A stretch of 64,000 bases of DNA from Candidatus Sphingomonas colombiensis (GTDB lineage: Bacteria > Pseudomonadota > Alphaproteobacteria > Sphingomonadales > Sphingomonadaceae), in assembly GCA_029202845.1 (NCBI GenBank), contig CP119315.1:2005759-2069758 (forward strand). The letters run 5' to 3'. Both the position numbers and the translations under genes were made by a program. Numbering within the stretch: position 1 is the first letter of the stretch; the number at the start of each line of letters is the position of its first letter. The notes under the pieces are model-generated. The model made no database searches. It was not told the DNA's origin and saw only the letters and a list, made by a program, of their open reading frames with translations. Shown here piece by piece: positions 15,546 through 25,635 of this stretch.

Positions 15546-15793
15546 CCTGCGGTGAACGGCGTGGTGCTGGCGCGGCCTTCCGCATCAAGCCGGATCGCCT
15601 CGATCCGCGCCTGCGCGGCATCAAGACGCTCGGCGCAGCGCGCGCGCAGCGCATTGCCGCGCTCATAAAGGTCGATAGCCTCGGCCAGCGGCGTTTCGCC
15701 GGATTCCAGCTTGTGAACGATCGCTTCCAGCTCGCGCAGCGCGGCCTCGAACGTCATTGTCGCGATTGCATTTTCGTCGGGTGCGGACGCCAT
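15542..15793 (-). CDS. xseB: Exodeoxyribonuclease VII small subunit
   Basis: MTFEAALRELEAIVHKLESGETPLAEAIDLYERG; standard xseB-ispA order. Confidence 0.93.
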   Translation of the reverse strand: MASAPDENAIATMTFEAALRELEAIVHKLESGETPLAEAIDLYERGNALRARCAERLDAAQARIEAIRLDAEGRASTTPFTAG

Positions 15794-15844
15794 GCGCCGG
15801 CTATGCGGCAGGGGCTGGCCGGGGGTCAAGGACGATGGCGACCC

Positions 15845-16042
15845 TCAGCGTGCGTTGTACAGCCTCACCAGCACCGAAACGCCGAACAAGCCCAATTCAA
15901 GCGTGGCGTGTTTGCCGGGCTCCGCATTGATTACCGAATCGGTCCCCGGCAGGTTGAGCGCGATCAGCGGACGGCGTTCGCCCACGCCAGCGATCAGCAG
16001 CGCGGCGGCGATCAGCAATATGGCGCGACGACGACGTTCCAT
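15845..16042 (-). CDS. Small hypothetical membrane/secreted protein
   Basis: 65-aa ORF with an N-terminal hydrophobic helix filling the gap between genes on the same strand. Confidence 0.55.
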   Translation of the reverse strand: MERRRRAILLIAAALLIAGVGERRPLIALNLPGTDSVINAEPGKHATLELGLFGVSVLVRLYNAR

Positions 16043-16083
16043 GCCCGGTTTCTTAGCGAATTTGGGCGCAACGCGAAAGAGGC

Positions 16084-17760
16084 TCAGGCCGCGATCGAAC
16101 CGAGCGCATGTCGCACCCGGTCTCGACCGGCCGACTTTGCGGCGAACAAGGCCTGATCGGCGTTTCGATAGAGGTTTTTCCAGTCCTGCTCCCCGGCGAT
16201 CGGCCCGGTACAGGTGCCGAGCGAAACGGTCACCCGGATATCGAATGGCATCCGCTCGCCGCGCACGCGCGACAGCACGTCGCCGGAGAGATCCTGCCCG
16301 TGATCCGGCACGAGCAACGCGAACTCCTCGCCGCCCAGGCGCGCGATCAGCGCATCCGGCGGCGCGGCGGTGCGCAGCGCGCGCGCTATCACCCGCAACA
16401 CCTCGTCACCGCCATCGTGGCCCAGCGCCGCATTGACCGCCTTGAAATGATCGATGTCGGCCAGCACCAGCAGATGTGGTTGCTCCCGCCCGATCGCGGC
16501 GCGCAGGAATCCGCGCCGGTTGAGCAGGCCGGTGAGCGGATCGACATCCGCCAGCAACCGCGCGGCGATCTCCTTCTCACGCGCCTCGTCCCGCTCAACG
16601 GCGATCAGGCGGAAGCGATAGGCGATCGCCAGGCTGGAGAGCAGGGCTTCCACCGTCATCGACAGGATGGTCGAATTGTCGAGCAGGAAGCTCCACGGGA
16701 CGAGGTGAAAATTTTCCGCCACCCGCAGCCCCGCCACCACCACCGGCGCGGCCCATGACACGGTGAACAGCCACAGGTAATTGCTGCGCTTGCGCCACGC
16801 CTGCCACAGAATGAATGGGACCAGCGCGATCAAGAGCGTGAAACTGGCCCCATAGAGCCAGTCGAGCAGGTCCATCCGCCACGGCGCCAGCGCGATCACG
16901 ACAACCGGCGTCATCAGCAACACGACCGACACGCCGTTTGCAGCGCGGCCGATCCACCCATCGAATACGTCGCGCTCGAAGAAGCTGCGCGCGAACGCGA
17001 GCGCACTGGTCGCGGAGATCGAGAGCAACAGATAATTGACCCGCAGCCGTTCGTTGTTCTCCATTCCGGGAAAGACCCAGGCCATCGCCCCGGAAGAGGT
17101 GAAAGCATAGAGCATCAGACCGGCCACCATCCCGCAATAGGCGAGCTGGAATCTGTGTTTCAGCGCCCCCCACAGCGCGAGATTGTACACGAGCAAGGCG
17201 ATGCAAAGCCCCCCGAACGCGCTGTAGAGCGATCCGAGCAGCAGATCGGAGCGCGCGCTTTCGTGTAAAGTGGCAAGGCGAGGCCCGACCACGACGCCGC
17301 GCGCGTTGCCGGCGCCATGCACCTGCCACAGCAGGCGCGTCACCGGGGCGGCGCGCGCCGGCAGCGCGCGTTCGAACATCGCGCCCATTCGTATCGAGCG
17401 CGTGGCGGCGCGGCCGTCCATATGATCGCGCAGCACCACGCCATCGGCATAGACGATGTAGAGCGTGGCAGAATCCTGCCATACGCTCGCCGTTCGGATC
17501 GTCGCCGCGTGCGTCGAAAGCGGTGCGGAGCGAATCCAATAATCGCCGGGGCCGAAATCGGTCTGTTGCCGCGTGCAATCATAGCGATCGTCGGCGCGGA
17601 GCATCGCCGCAGCCGTGTCCCCCGCCCGAATTCGCGCGATGCAGACGGCGACCGGGGTGCCGGGAATGCCCCGTTGCGCCGCCGCCGGCCAAGCCGTCAG
17701 CAGCGCCAGGAAGGAGATGAGCGCCCCGTAAAACAATCTTAAAGTCGTGCGACCCGACAT
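16084..17760 (-). CDS. Membrane diguanylate cyclase (7TM-DISM-type sensor plus GGDEF)
   Basis: Periplasmic domain, seven hydrophobic helices, DPLTGLLNRR, DIDHFK, GGEEF. Confidence 0.9.
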   Translation of the reverse strand: MSGRTTLRLFYGALISFLALLTAWPAAAQRGIPGTPVAVCIARIRAGDTAAAMLRADDRYDCTRQQTDFGPGDYWIRSAPLSTHAATIRTASVWQDSATLYIVYADGVVLRDHMDGRAATRSIRMGAMFERALPARAAPVTRLLWQVHGAGNARGVVVGPRLATLHESARSDLLLGSLYSAFGGLCIALLVYNLALWGALKHRFQLAYCGMVAGLMLYAFTSSGAMAWVFPGMENNERLRVNYLLLSISATSALAFARSFFERDVFDGWIGRAANGVSVVLLMTPVVVIALAPWRMDLLDWLYGASFTLLIALVPFILWQAWRKRSNYLWLFTVSWAAPVVVAGLRVAENFHLVPWSFLLDNSTILSMTVEALLSSLAIAYRFRLIAVERDEAREKEIAARLLADVDPLTGLLNRRGFLRAAIGREQPHLLVLADIDHFKAVNAALGHDGGDEVLRVIARALRTAAPPDALIARLGGEEFALLVPDHGQDLSGDVLSRVRGERMPFDIRVTVSLGTCTGPIAGEQDWKNLYRNADQALFAAKSAGRDRVRHALGSIAA

Positions 17761-17831
17761 GACCGGTGCTCTAGCCGCAAGCATCCGAACAGATCGTAAA
17801 CGAGCCGAAAAGGATTTTTCGCGATGCGGGT

Positions 17832-18836
17832 TCAGCCCGCGATTACGCGATCGCGCCCCTGTTCCTTGGCTTCATAGAGCAGCGCGTCGGCGCGTTTCAT
17901 CGCGGCTTCGATCTGGCGCGTGTCCGGCGGCAGTATCGCGATTCCGGCGGAAAAGGTGATGCAGCCCATCGGCTCGTCGGTTTCGCGTAGGCGGAAATGG
18001 CGCTCGCTCAGCGAGCGGCGTGCGTCATCGACGATCATCCGCGCCACGACGAGGTCGCCGCGCAGCACCAGCAGGAATTCCTCTCCCCCCCAGCGCCCGA
18101 CGAACTGGCCGTCGAGCGATTGCGTGAGGCTTGCCGCGACCGTGCGCAGCACCCGGTCGCCGACGGCATGGCCGTAGCGATCGTTATAGGATTTGAAGCG
18201 ATCGATGTCGCACATCGCGATCACATGCGGATCACCGGTGGCGCAGGCGCGGGCGAGATAGGTTTCGATCCCGCGACGATTCGGCAGGCCGGTCAGCAGG
18301 TCGCGTTCCGCATCGCCCTGTGCGATTTCAAGCTGGTTGCGCAATTGCTCCACCTGCAGCGTGGTCGCGGCGAGTTCGTTTTCCGAACGCTGCGAACGAG
18401 CGAGCGTGGCGACGATCAGCTCCTGCAACAGCGCGGCGTCGGAGGCGGGGAAATCGTCGAGCCGAAAGGCGAGTTCACGGCTGAACTCCCCGGTCACCGC
18501 GTGCGCTGCGGCGGCGAGATCGGCCAGCCGCAGCGTTTGATGCCGCAACGTGTCCGCGCCGCGATCCACCGGGGGCGGAGCAGAGACAGGAGAGCGAAGC
18601 GCCGCACCGGTTACAACACTTGCCCTGTCGCCGAAGAAGCGGGCGTAAAGCGAATCCGCTTCCGGTTGCGTGATTCGCACGCCGCCGTCGATGATCGTGA
18701 GAATCGTCCGCCCGAGTTCCGCCTGCACACCATCGAGATAGGCATAGCCCAGCGCATAGTTATTCGGGGTCGGCGGCAGGTGTTGGCCATCGAGAAACGC
18801 AATGGTTCGTTCGCTAAGAGCCTTAATCGCTTTCAT
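17832..18836 (-). CDS. Cytoplasmic diguanylate cyclase (helical N-terminus plus GGDEF)
   Basis: PTPNNYALGY N-terminus, DLLTGLPNRR, DIDRFKSYND, GGEEF. Confidence 0.9.
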   Translation of the reverse strand: MKAIKALSERTIAFLDGQHLPPTPNNYALGYAYLDGVQAELGRTILTIIDGGVRITQPEADSLYARFFGDRASVVTGAALRSPVSAPPPVDRGADTLRHQTLRLADLAAAAHAVTGEFSRELAFRLDDFPASDAALLQELIVATLARSQRSENELAATTLQVEQLRNQLEIAQGDAERDLLTGLPNRRGIETYLARACATGDPHVIAMCDIDRFKSYNDRYGHAVGDRVLRTVAASLTQSLDGQFVGRWGGEEFLLVLRGDLVVARMIVDDARRSLSERHFRLRETDEPMGCITFSAGIAILPPDTRQIEAAMKRADALLYEAKEQGRDRVIAG

Positions 18837-18917
18837 GCCGTCTTTTAATGCGTGATAGTTAAAGGATCGGTGATGATGGCATTCATCGCAGACTCTGTTG
18901 TTCCGCCGTAACGCAAC

Positions 18918-20117
18918 TCAGCAGTTCTTTCCACCGAGCATCCCCCCAAGCATCCCGCCGAGACCGGGCTTGCAGCGTTTCTTGCTCCCCTGATCGTCGC
19001 CATCGCTTTCCATTGCGCCGTTCATTGCCGGCATGCCCGGCATCAACATCGTCATCGAACGATAGCGCACCCGTGCGGTCCATTCCGGGTGCCACACGGC
19101 CCGCGGATCGGCCGGGCGCGGCGGATAAGCGAAATTCTGCTCTGGGCCATAGGCATAGAGCATGCTCATCAGCATCCCGCCACTTGCCTCCTTCACCTGC
19201 GCGGGAATGGCGCAGCTGGTTTGCGACGGGGGCATCACGATCTTCTGCCCGATCAGCCGTGTAACGGTAGCCGGCGCGAGCCAGTCCGAAAGGCCGCCGC
19301 CAAATTCCTTGGCGCTGGCCGATGTCCACCACACCATGTCCGCATCATCCTGCCCCATGGATTTGCCGCCCATCGCCCAGGCGTAATAGCCGGTAGCACC
19401 CGCGATCGGCGCCCAACTCATCGTCGTCGCGCCGCCGGGGAGGGGGGTGGAGCGCGCCGAAAGTGCGGGCATGAAGTCCTGCGCCAGCGCGAATTTGATC
19501 TCGGGCGAGTAATTGCCGGCGATACGATGTTCGCCAATGATCGATCCGACGCGCGCGGCGGACTTGCGGTCCTTCGCATTCGGCCAGTCACCATAGCTGC
19601 GGCTGCTGCCCGGTTCCGGGCCGCGTTCGGCAGGAACGGAGACGCTGAACAGTCCCGGCGGAAACTGCCCCGCGGCCACCTTTGCGAAATCGATCACCAC
19701 CGGCTGACCCGGGCCGGCCTGCGCGCCACAGCCCCAATAGATCAGCAGCCGTCCCTTCGGTCGCCTGAACTCGGCCGGCATGTCCTGCCCGGCAGCACGC
19801 TCGGGCGAGACGAGGCGAACGGATGGCCCGAGGTTCGCGACCGCCGGCATGAAATGATCGGCGACTGGGTTGCCCCCGTTCGGTGCCAGTGAGGACCCGA
19901 GCCGCAGCCGCAGGCTGTGTCGAGTGCCGCCACCGCCACCAAGCATCGCGGCCATCGGATTGCCCATCATGCCGCCATCGGTGCTGACGTCCATGATGTA
20001 GCGTGCTGTTGGGGACGTCGAGGACTGTGCGTCGCCACCCTGATGGAAAGTGATCGCTGCAGCTCCCGCTGCCACCGTCGCTGCCGTTGCGAATATCGCC
20101 CGCATCGCCCCCTCCAT
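18918..20117 (-). CDS. Exported hypothetical protein
   Basis: 399-aa ORF with signal peptide and plausible codon use; no recognised motif. Confidence 0.75.
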   Translation of the reverse strand: MEGAMRAIFATAATVAAGAAAITFHQGGDAQSSTSPTARYIMDVSTDGGMMGNPMAAMLGGGGGTRHSLRLRLGSSLAPNGGNPVADHFMPAVANLGPSVRLVSPERAAGQDMPAEFRRPKGRLLIYWGCGAQAGPGQPVVIDFAKVAAGQFPPGLFSVSVPAERGPEPGSSRSYGDWPNAKDRKSAARVGSIIGEHRIAGNYSPEIKFALAQDFMPALSARSTPLPGGATTMSWAPIAGATGYYAWAMGGKSMGQDDADMVWWTSASAKEFGGGLSDWLAPATVTRLIGQKIVMPPSQTSCAIPAQVKEASGGMLMSMLYAYGPEQNFAYPPRPADPRAVWHPEWTARVRYRSMTMLMPGMPAMNGAMESDGDDQGSKKRCKPGLGGMLGGMLGGKNC

Positions 20118-20239
20118 ATTCTCTCGATGGGGCGTAGTTTCGTCGCGTGGCGGGCGTGACGATAGGATGGAAACGACATGGTACGAAATGACACCGGCGA
20201 CGGATCGGTTGGCCCGATCGGTCGCCGGTGTGTGTCAGG

Positions 20240-22567
20240 TCAGGCCTTGAGCTTTTCGACCCGGCCGTCCTTCGGGCCGCCCTTTTTGCGTGGTTTCTTT
20301 GGCGCTGCGGCGACGATCTCGAACGAAAGCGTGCCGTCCTTCAATTTCACCGTAACCTCGCCGCCATGGACGAGCTTGCCGAACAGCAGCTCCTCGGCCA
20401 GCGGCTGCTTGATCTTCTCCTGGATCAGCCGGCTCATCGGCCGCGCGCCATAGAGCTTGTCATAGCCCTTGTCGGTCAGCCACTGGCGCGCCGCATCGTC
20501 GAGCTTGATATGCACGTCGCGGTCGGCGAGCTGGAGTTCGAGCTGGAGGATGAACTTGTCCACCACCCGCGCGACCACCTCCGGCGGGAGATAGCTGAAC
20601 GGCACGATCGCATCGAGGCGATTGCGGAATTCCGGCGTGAACATCTTCTGCACGGCCTGCTCATCCTCGCCCTCGCGGGTGAGGTTGCCGAAGCCAAGCG
20701 TCTCGCGCGCCATGTCCGATGCGCCGGCATTGGTGGTCATGATCAGGATGACGTTCCTGAAATCCACCGTCTTGCCGTGGTGATCGGTCAGCTTGCCGTT
20801 ATCCATCACCTGCAACAAGATGTTGAACAGATCGGGATGCGCCTTCTCGATCTCGTCGAGCAGCAGCACGCTATGCGGATTCTGATCGACCGCGTCGGTG
20901 AGCAGCCCGCCCTGATCATAGCCGACATAGCCCGGAGGCGCGCCGATCAGCCGGCTGACCGAATGGCGCTCCATATATTCGGACATGTCGAACCGCTGGA
21001 GCGGGATGCCCATGATCGAGGCGAGTTGCTTCGCCACTTCCGTCTTGCCGACGCCGGTGGGGCCGGTGAACAGATAGCAGCCGATCGGCTTTTCCGGATC
21101 GCGCAGGCCGGCGCGGCTGAGCTTGATCGCCGACGACAGATTTTCGATCGCCTTGTTCTGGCCGAACACGACGCGCTTCAGATCGGTGTCGAGCGTTTCC
21201 AGCACCTTCTTGTCGTCGCTGCTCACCGTCTTCGGCGGGATGCGCGCCATGGTGGCGATCACCGCCTCGATCTCTTTCGGCGTGATCGTCTTTTTCCGCT
21301 TCGACGGGGCAACCAGCATCTGCATCGCGCCGACTTCGTCGATCACGTCGATCGCCTTGTCGGGCAGCTTGCGATCATTGATGTAGCGCGCGGACAGCTC
21401 CACCGCCGACTTGATCGCATCGGGGGTGTATTTCACGCTGTGGTGGCTCTCGAACGCGGAGCGCAACCCGGCGAGGATCTTGATCGTATCCTCGATCGAC
21501 GGCTCGTTGACGTCGATCTTCTGGAACCGGCGCAGCAGCGCGCGATCCTTTTCGAAATGGTTGCGGAATTCCTTGTAGGTGGTGGAGCCGATGCAACGGA
21601 TCGTGCCGCCCGACAGCGCGGGCTTGAGCAGGTTCGACGCATCCATCGCGCCGCCGCTGGTCGCACCGGCACCGATCACGGTGTGGATTTCATCGATGAA
21701 CAGCACCGCGTCGGGCAGCTTTTCCAGCTCGTTGACGACAGCTTTCAGCCGCTCCTCGAAATCGCCGCGATAGCGCGTGCCGGCAAGCAGCGCGCCCATG
21801 TCGAGCGAATAGATCACGGCGGGCTTCAGTACATCGGGCACGTCGCCCTCGACGATCTTGCGCGCCAGCCCCTCGGCGATCGCCGTCTTGCCGACGCCGG
21901 GATCGCCGACATAGAGCGGGTTGTTCTTCGAGCGGCGGCAGAGGATCTGCACCGTGCGATCCACCTCCGGCCCGCGCCCGATCAGCGGATCGACCTTGCC
22001 GTTGCGGGCCTTCTCATTGAGATCGACCGTGAACTGCTTGAGCGCGCTTTCGCCCTTCTGCTTGGTTTCGGCCTTTTCCTTTTTCTCTTCCTCGACGCCC
22101 TTGGGCGTGGCGGCCTCAGCGGCAGCGGCGCCCTTGCCGACGCCGTGGCTGATGAAGCTCACCGCATCGAGCCGGCTCATATCCTGCTGCTGGAGGAAAT
22201 AGACCGCATAGCTTTCGCGTTCAGAGAACAGCGCAACCAGCACGTTGGCGCCGGTCACCTCGTCGCGCCCCGAAGACTGGACGTGCAGGATCGCGCGCTG
22301 GACCACGCGCTGGAACCCGCTGGTCGGCGACGGATCGGTCGCGGCATCGACCTTAAGCGCGCCAAGCTCGGTATCGAGATAATGGGCGACGGTGGTTTTC
22401 AGTTCGGCGACATCGACGCCGCACGCGGCCATCACCTGGCTGGCATGTTCGTCGTCGATCAGCGCGAGCAACAGATGCTCCAGCGTCGCATATTCGTGGC
22501 GGCGGGTGGAGGCTGCCTCAAGCGCCTTGTGCAGCGTGGTTTCGAGAGCGCTGGCAAAGGATGGCAT
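20240..22567 (-). CDS. clpA: ATP-dependent Clp protease ATP-binding subunit ClpA
   Basis: HEYATLEHLL N-domain and two Walker A motifs (GDPGVGKT, GPTGVGKT). Confidence 0.96.
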   Translation of the reverse strand: MPSFASALETTLHKALEAASTRRHEYATLEHLLLALIDDEHASQVMAACGVDVAELKTTVAHYLDTELGALKVDAATDPSPTSGFQRVVQRAILHVQSSGRDEVTGANVLVALFSERESYAVYFLQQQDMSRLDAVSFISHGVGKGAAAAEAATPKGVEEEKKEKAETKQKGESALKQFTVDLNEKARNGKVDPLIGRGPEVDRTVQILCRRSKNNPLYVGDPGVGKTAIAEGLARKIVEGDVPDVLKPAVIYSLDMGALLAGTRYRGDFEERLKAVVNELEKLPDAVLFIDEIHTVIGAGATSGGAMDASNLLKPALSGGTIRCIGSTTYKEFRNHFEKDRALLRRFQKIDVNEPSIEDTIKILAGLRSAFESHHSVKYTPDAIKSAVELSARYINDRKLPDKAIDVIDEVGAMQMLVAPSKRKKTITPKEIEAVIATMARIPPKTVSSDDKKVLETLDTDLKRVVFGQNKAIENLSSAIKLSRAGLRDPEKPIGCYLFTGPTGVGKTEVAKQLASIMGIPLQRFDMSEYMERHSVSRLIGAPPGYVGYDQGGLLTDAVDQNPHSVLLLDEIEKAHPDLFNILLQVMDNGKLTDHHGKTVDFRNVILIMTTNAGASDMARETLGFGNLTREGEDEQAVQKMFTPEFRNRLDAIVPFSYLPPEVVARVVDKFILQLELQLADRDVHIKLDDAARQWLTDKGYDKLYGARPMSRLIQEKIKQPLAEELLFGKLVHGGEVTVKLKDGTLSFEIVAAAPKKPRKKGGPKDGRVEKLKA

Positions 22568-22694
22568 TACGATACTCCTGACAGGCCACGACACATGCGC
22601 GGCCCCTTTTCCACTATGTCGGAAGGGAGGGGCCCCGCATCAAGCACCGGGAATTCCGCACCGGGAGCAACAAGCCGGCCCGATGCGCCAGCAC

Positions 22695-22892
22695 TCATCG
22701 CTTGAATAACGCGTCGGCGCTTGCGCGATGGTTAACGGCGCCTTCGATCTTGCGGCGGCAGCGCGAGATTTCGCCTTCCAGCGCGGCAACCCGCGCCTCC
22801 AGCTCCGCCACCGACAGCCGATCGAGATCCTCGCGCAGCAGCGCGGTCAACGGATCGTCGGGCCGGGGGCCAAGGATGTCATCAAGGTCCAC
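22695..22892 (-). CDS. DUF1192 family small coiled-coil protein
   Basis: REDLDRLSVAELEARVAALEGEISR...ADALFK; GTG start. Confidence 0.8.
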   Translation of the reverse strand: MDLDDILGPRPDDPLTALLREDLDRLSVAELEARVAALEGEISRCRRKIEGAVNHRASADALFKR

Positions 22893-22982
22893 GTCTGGAG
22901 CGTTGACCGCTGCCGGGGTGAAGTCAATAAGCGAGGTGGGATTTGCGACCCGAGTTTCGCGGTGAAAAGGGGGCTGAAGCCG

Positions 22983-23984
22983 ATGACCGACCTTCCGGTG
23001 ACGATGATGGCGATCGATCCAGAATCGCCTGGCGATCCGGAGGTGCTGGTTCCCGTCGCACGCCCTGTCCCACAGCCGGACGCGGGCGAGGTGTTGATCC
23101 GCGTTGCCGCTGCCGGGGTGAACCGGCCGGATGTCATCCAGCGGAAGGGCGCCTATCCGCCGCCGCCCGGCGCGCCATCGATCCTGGGGCTGGAATTGTC
23201 CGGCGTGGTCGCGGCGGTGGGCGCGGGCGTGGACGCAGGGATGATCGGGCGGAAGGTCTGCGCGCTCGTCGCTGGCGGGGCCTATGCCGAATATGCCGTC
23301 GCGCCTGCCGGCCAGTGCCTGCCCGTGCCCGAAGTGGTAACGATGATCGAGGCGGCGGCGATCCCCGAGACGTTGTTCACCGTGTGGACCAACCTGTTCG
23401 AGCGCGCCTTTGCCGTGGAGGGCGATACTGTGCTGGTCCATGGCGGGACGAGCGGGATCGGCACGATGGCGATCGCACTCGCCAATATCTTCGGGCTTGA
23501 GATCATCGTCACCGCCGGCTCGGACGACAAGGTCGCGGCCGCGAAGCGGCTCGGCGCGGACCATGCGATCAATTATCGCAGCGAGGATTTCGTCGCGCGG
23601 GTGGCGGAAATCACCGGCGGCAAGGGCGTCGCGGCGGTGCTCGACATGGTTGGTGGAGATTACGTGCCACGCAACCTGAAATGCCTCGCCGAGGACGGGC
23701 GGCATGTGTCGATCGCGGTGCAGGGCGGCGCGATGGCGACGATCCCGATCTTCGATATCATGCGCCGCCGCCTGACGCTGACCGGATCGACGCTGCGCCC
23801 GCGTGACAACGGCTTCAAGACATTGGTGGCGGAGGAATTGCGACGGATCGTGTGGCCTTATGTCGAGGCGGGGCGATTGCGCCCGGTGATCGACCGCACC
23901 TATCCGCTGGCCGAGGCAGCCGAAGCGCATCGCCGGATGGAGGCGGGCGAGCATGTCGGCAAAATCGTGCTGACAATGGGGTGA
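22983..23984 (+). CDS. NAD(P)H-quinone oxidoreductase (MDR/PIG3 family)
   Basis: AAGVNRPD, GLELSG, VHGGTSGIG. Confidence 0.92.
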   Translation: MTDLPVTMMAIDPESPGDPEVLVPVARPVPQPDAGEVLIRVAAAGVNRPDVIQRKGAYPPPPGAPSILGLELSGVVAAVGAGVDAGMIGRKVCALVAGGAYAEYAVAPAGQCLPVPEVVTMIEAAAIPETLFTVWTNLFERAFAVEGDTVLVHGGTSGIGTMAIALANIFGLEIIVTAGSDDKVAAAKRLGADHAINYRSEDFVARVAEITGGKGVAAVLDMVGGDYVPRNLKCLAEDGRHVSIAVQGGAMATIPIFDIMRRRLTLTGSTLRPRDNGFKTLVAEELRRIVWPYVEAGRLRPVIDRTYPLAEAAEAHRRMEAGEHVGKIVLTMG

Positions 23985-24060
23985 CCGGCATAAGCGCCGC
24001 TTTTCAACGCCGCCGTCGCTTTTATTTGCGCGCCGGCGGCGGAAGCGGCACATTTTCGCG

Positions 24061-24678
24061 ATGAGCGCGCTGATCCTCCACGAATATGCCCCGTCCGGAA
24101 ATTGCTACAAGATCCGCCTGACGGCGGCGCACCTCGGCATCCCGATCGAGCGGCGCGGGTATGACATCATGCGCGGTGAGACGCGCACTGCGGCCTTCCT
24201 GTCGGAGGTCAGCCCAAACGGGCGCATCCCGGTGCTTCAGGTCGGCGACGACTATTTGCCGGAAAGCGGCGCGGCGTGCATTTATCTCGCACATGGCTCG
24301 CCGCTGATCCCGGTCGATCGTTTCGATCATGCCGACATGCTGCGCTGGATGTTCTGGGAGCAATATAACCACGAGCCGAACGTCGCGACGCTGCGATTCT
24401 GGCGCGCTTTCGTCGGCACCGAGAACCTGACGGAGGCGCAGCGCGCGGCGCTGCCGGCGAAGGAGGCGGCGGGGCATGACGCGCTGAAGCTGATGGACGA
24501 ACATCTCGAACGCGCCGAATGGTTCGCCGCCGGGCGCTTCACGCTCGCCGATATCGCGCTTTATGCCTACACCCATGTAGCCGGCGAGGGCGGGTTCGAT
24601 TTCGCGCGTTATCCGGCGATCGAGGCGTGGCTGGCGCGCGTGGCGGCTTTGCCGCGCCATATCGCGATGCACGGCTGA
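24061..24678 (+). CDS. Glutathione S-transferase family protein
   Basis: SGNCYK, PNGRIPVL, ESGA, FTLADIALY. Confidence 0.92.
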   Translation: MSALILHEYAPSGNCYKIRLTAAHLGIPIERRGYDIMRGETRTAAFLSEVSPNGRIPVLQVGDDYLPESGAACIYLAHGSPLIPVDRFDHADMLRWMFWEQYNHEPNVATLRFWRAFVGTENLTEAQRAALPAKEAAGHDALKLMDEHLERAEWFAAGRFTLADIALYAYTHVAGEGGFDFARYPAIEAWLARVAALPRHIAMHG

Positions 24679-24690
24679 GCTTTCTTCAAA

Positions 24691-24719
24691 CCGTCATTGC
24701 GGCGTGACACACGCGTAAC
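24691..24719 (+). promoter_or_regulatory. Candidate Pho box (three 11-bp-spaced half sites)
   Basis: CCGTCAT (24691), GCGTGAC (24702) and GCGTAAC (24713) at exact 11-bp periodicity, just upstream of a PlcP-like gene. Confidence 0.5.
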
Positions 24720-24755
24720 ACGTATCGGGCATGGCGGCGGCAGGGAGGGCCGCCC

Positions 24756-25634
24756 ATGCCGACGACCGTTCTACCGATCGCCGCGATTGCCGGTGACATT
24801 GCCGATTTCACCGATTTCGCCAACAGCCGCCCATATCACCCCGAGCCTGAGGGGGCGCGACGGCGTTACCGCACGATCTGGATCAGCGACGTCCATCTCG
24901 GCACGCGGGGTTGCAACGCGGGGATGCTGATCGACTTCCTCGATCACGTCGACAGCGACACGATGTACCTTGTCGGCGACATGATCGATGGCTGGCGCCT
25001 GAAAAAGAAATTCTACTGGCCCGCCGCGCACAACGACGTGGTGTGGCGGCTGCTGAAGCGAGCGCGGCGGGGCACGCGGATGATCTATATCCCCGGCAAT
25101 CACGACGAGGTGTTTCGCCAGTTCTCGGGCCTCGATTTCGGCGGCATCGCGATCCGGCGCAAGGCGATCCACGAAACGGCGGACGGGCGCCGCCTGCTGG
25201 TGCTTCATGGCGACGAGTTCGACGCGATCACGCTGGCGCACCGCTGGCTCGCCCATGCCGGGGACGTGGCCTATCATGTGCTGATGGCGCTGAACCGCTG
25301 GGTCAACGCCTTCCGCCGCCGGTTCGGCATGCCTTATTGGTCGCTGTCGAAACATGCCAAGGCGAAGGTGAAAAACGCTGTCGCCTTCATCTCGCACTTC
25401 GAGGAGGTCGTGGCGCATGCCGCCGGCTCGCGCGGCGTGGAAGGCGTGGTATGCGGGCATATCCATACCGCCGAAATCCGCGAAATCGCCGGCGTGGAAT
25501 ATTATAACGATGGCGATTGGGTGGAGGGCTGCGCCGCGCTGGTCGAGCATTTCGACGGGCGGATGGAATTGCTCCACTGGGCCGACGAGATCGCGCGTCG
25601 CGCGCCCGATACCGTCGTCGCGCTGGCGGCCTGA
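24756..25634 (+). CDS. Metallophosphoesterase of the LpxH-like/PlcP phospholipase C group
   Basis: SDVHLG, GDMIDGW, PGNHDE, HGD and CGHIH motifs; coupled to a GT4 gene. Confidence 0.85.
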   Translation: MPTTVLPIAAIAGDIADFTDFANSRPYHPEPEGARRRYRTIWISDVHLGTRGCNAGMLIDFLDHVDSDTMYLVGDMIDGWRLKKKFYWPAAHNDVVWRLLKRARRGTRMIYIPGNHDEVFRQFSGLDFGGIAIRRKAIHETADGRRLLVLHGDEFDAITLAHRWLAHAGDVAYHVLMALNRWVNAFRRRFGMPYWSLSKHAKAKVKNAVAFISHFEEVVAHAAGSRGVEGVVCGHIHTAEIREIAGVEYYNDGDWVEGCAALVEHFDGRMELLHWADEIARRAPDTVVALAA

Positions 25635-25635
25635 C

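Noticed and set aside
22567-22695. Absence of clpS directly upstream of clpA
   Set aside because: clpS can lie elsewhere in the genome; this cannot be judged from one window.
20228-22705. 825-aa + strand ORF, and similar long antisense ORFs opposite the TBDRs, FAAL and EAL genes
   Set aside because: Typical stop-poor antisense frames of high-GC genes; the opposite strands carry clear family motifs.
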